Source: Toensbergia leucococca (lineage: Eukaryota). From it: 64,000 nt of DNA. This document shows, one piece after another, positions 63,144 through 64,000 of the stretch; position 1 is the stretch's first letter, and each line of letters starts with the position of its first letter. A program made the translations under genes and the position numbers. The notes beneath the pieces were generated by a model. It searched no databases. It was not told the origin of the DNA and worked only from the letters and a program-made list of their open reading frames with translations. The stretch spans positions 1-64,000 of the forward strand of contig JALDZS010000060.1 of NCBI GenBank assembly GCA_022813965.1, read 5' to 3'.

Positions 63144-64000
63144 ATGATGGATTCCGAGCAAAACTCAGGATCTCGTTCTAGCCATGGTAAATTTCCAAGA
63201 AAGCGCGATAGGTTGATGGATGTATTTTGGCGCAAGAGAGACACTAGTACAACACGAGACAGACCCCAAGTAGAACAGAGTGACGACAACCCTCAAGTAT
63301 ATCTGTCAGAGCCACAATGGATTCAAACTGCTGACTCTCTATGAGAATGCCTTCCGACCTTCACCGACTCCAAAGCCGGAGACTTTTACAAAGGATACGC
63401 TTGACGGCCAAGGTTCAACCCTCCTAGACCGAGGACTACGTTCGCCGCCAGTCCAACAAGATCACAGCAATGATGTGGCAGCCACTGGAGATGCTAAATT
63501 GTCGAGGGATCTGTGGGAACGCGCATATGAAGCCCTAAAATTTCGAGATCCAGACTTAGTTGCAGCTTATGAGCGGCATTTGGCACCCACCGTTGCAAAT
63601 CCTTCCCTAAGCCCTGAGCTCATCGAGAGCACTATCCAATCGAAGTTGCAGGATCGCAAAGCCGACCAATGGGTCATCCGTCTTGGTAAACAGCCAATCA
63701 AAGTGCGGGAACAGGGTGAAAAGATCATTAGATTCATCCTTTGGTTTGATGATATCATCTCTCAAGCTGTGAGCGCCCAGCCATATGCGGCGTTGGCGTG
63801 GTCAGGAGTATCAATCCTTCTTCCGGTAAGCTGGGCCCTGATATAGAGCGGTATTAGGAGCTACTGAATCAAAGTACAGCTATTGCTGAACTCCTCTCAA
63901 CAGAGCCTCGCTATGATTGACGGCCTTAATTCTATTTCTGACCTCTTGCGTTTGTATAGATTCAGGGAAAGGTTTTATGTACAGGCTGCAGATGAATCTG
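63144..64000 (+). CDS. 5' part of an NLR-like NACHT protein (NWD-NACHT N-terminal domain); runs off the window
   Basis: RDLWERAYEALK..DLVAAYE, AVSAQPYAALAWSGVSILLP, intron 63826-63879, then LLLN..AMIDGLNSISDLL. The NACHT domain itself is not in the window. Confidence 0.8.

Overview
Eukaryotic DNA from a filamentous ascomycete (Pezizomycotina; possibly a lichen-forming lineage, which is inference only). Evidence: short spliceosomal introns with CTRAY branch points and RIP-like mutated patches. The core holds intact housekeeping genes: beta-carbonic anhydrase, SLAC1/Mae1 transporter, ATG22, LSC2, PAM16, Pex23/30-like peroxin, XPT1/HPT1, an Sfl1-type HSF factor, DUF3245, Ufd1-like and YIP1. Accessory material is interleaved: a RIP-degraded repeat/TE end (1-1270), a NACHT-associated pseudogene, an RBR E3 ligase, a secretion-signal-less trypsin-like protease abutting a decayed F-box-like gene, a ~5 kb block of pseudogenes (24.2-29.4 kb) including a nucleotidyltransferase-like relic missed by the ORF track, tandem C2H2 paralogs, a zinc-knuckle/tandem-repeat protein, and the 5' end of an NLR-like NACHT gene. 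Three introns appear to need GC donors. All calls come from manual translation and motif recognition; no searches were run.
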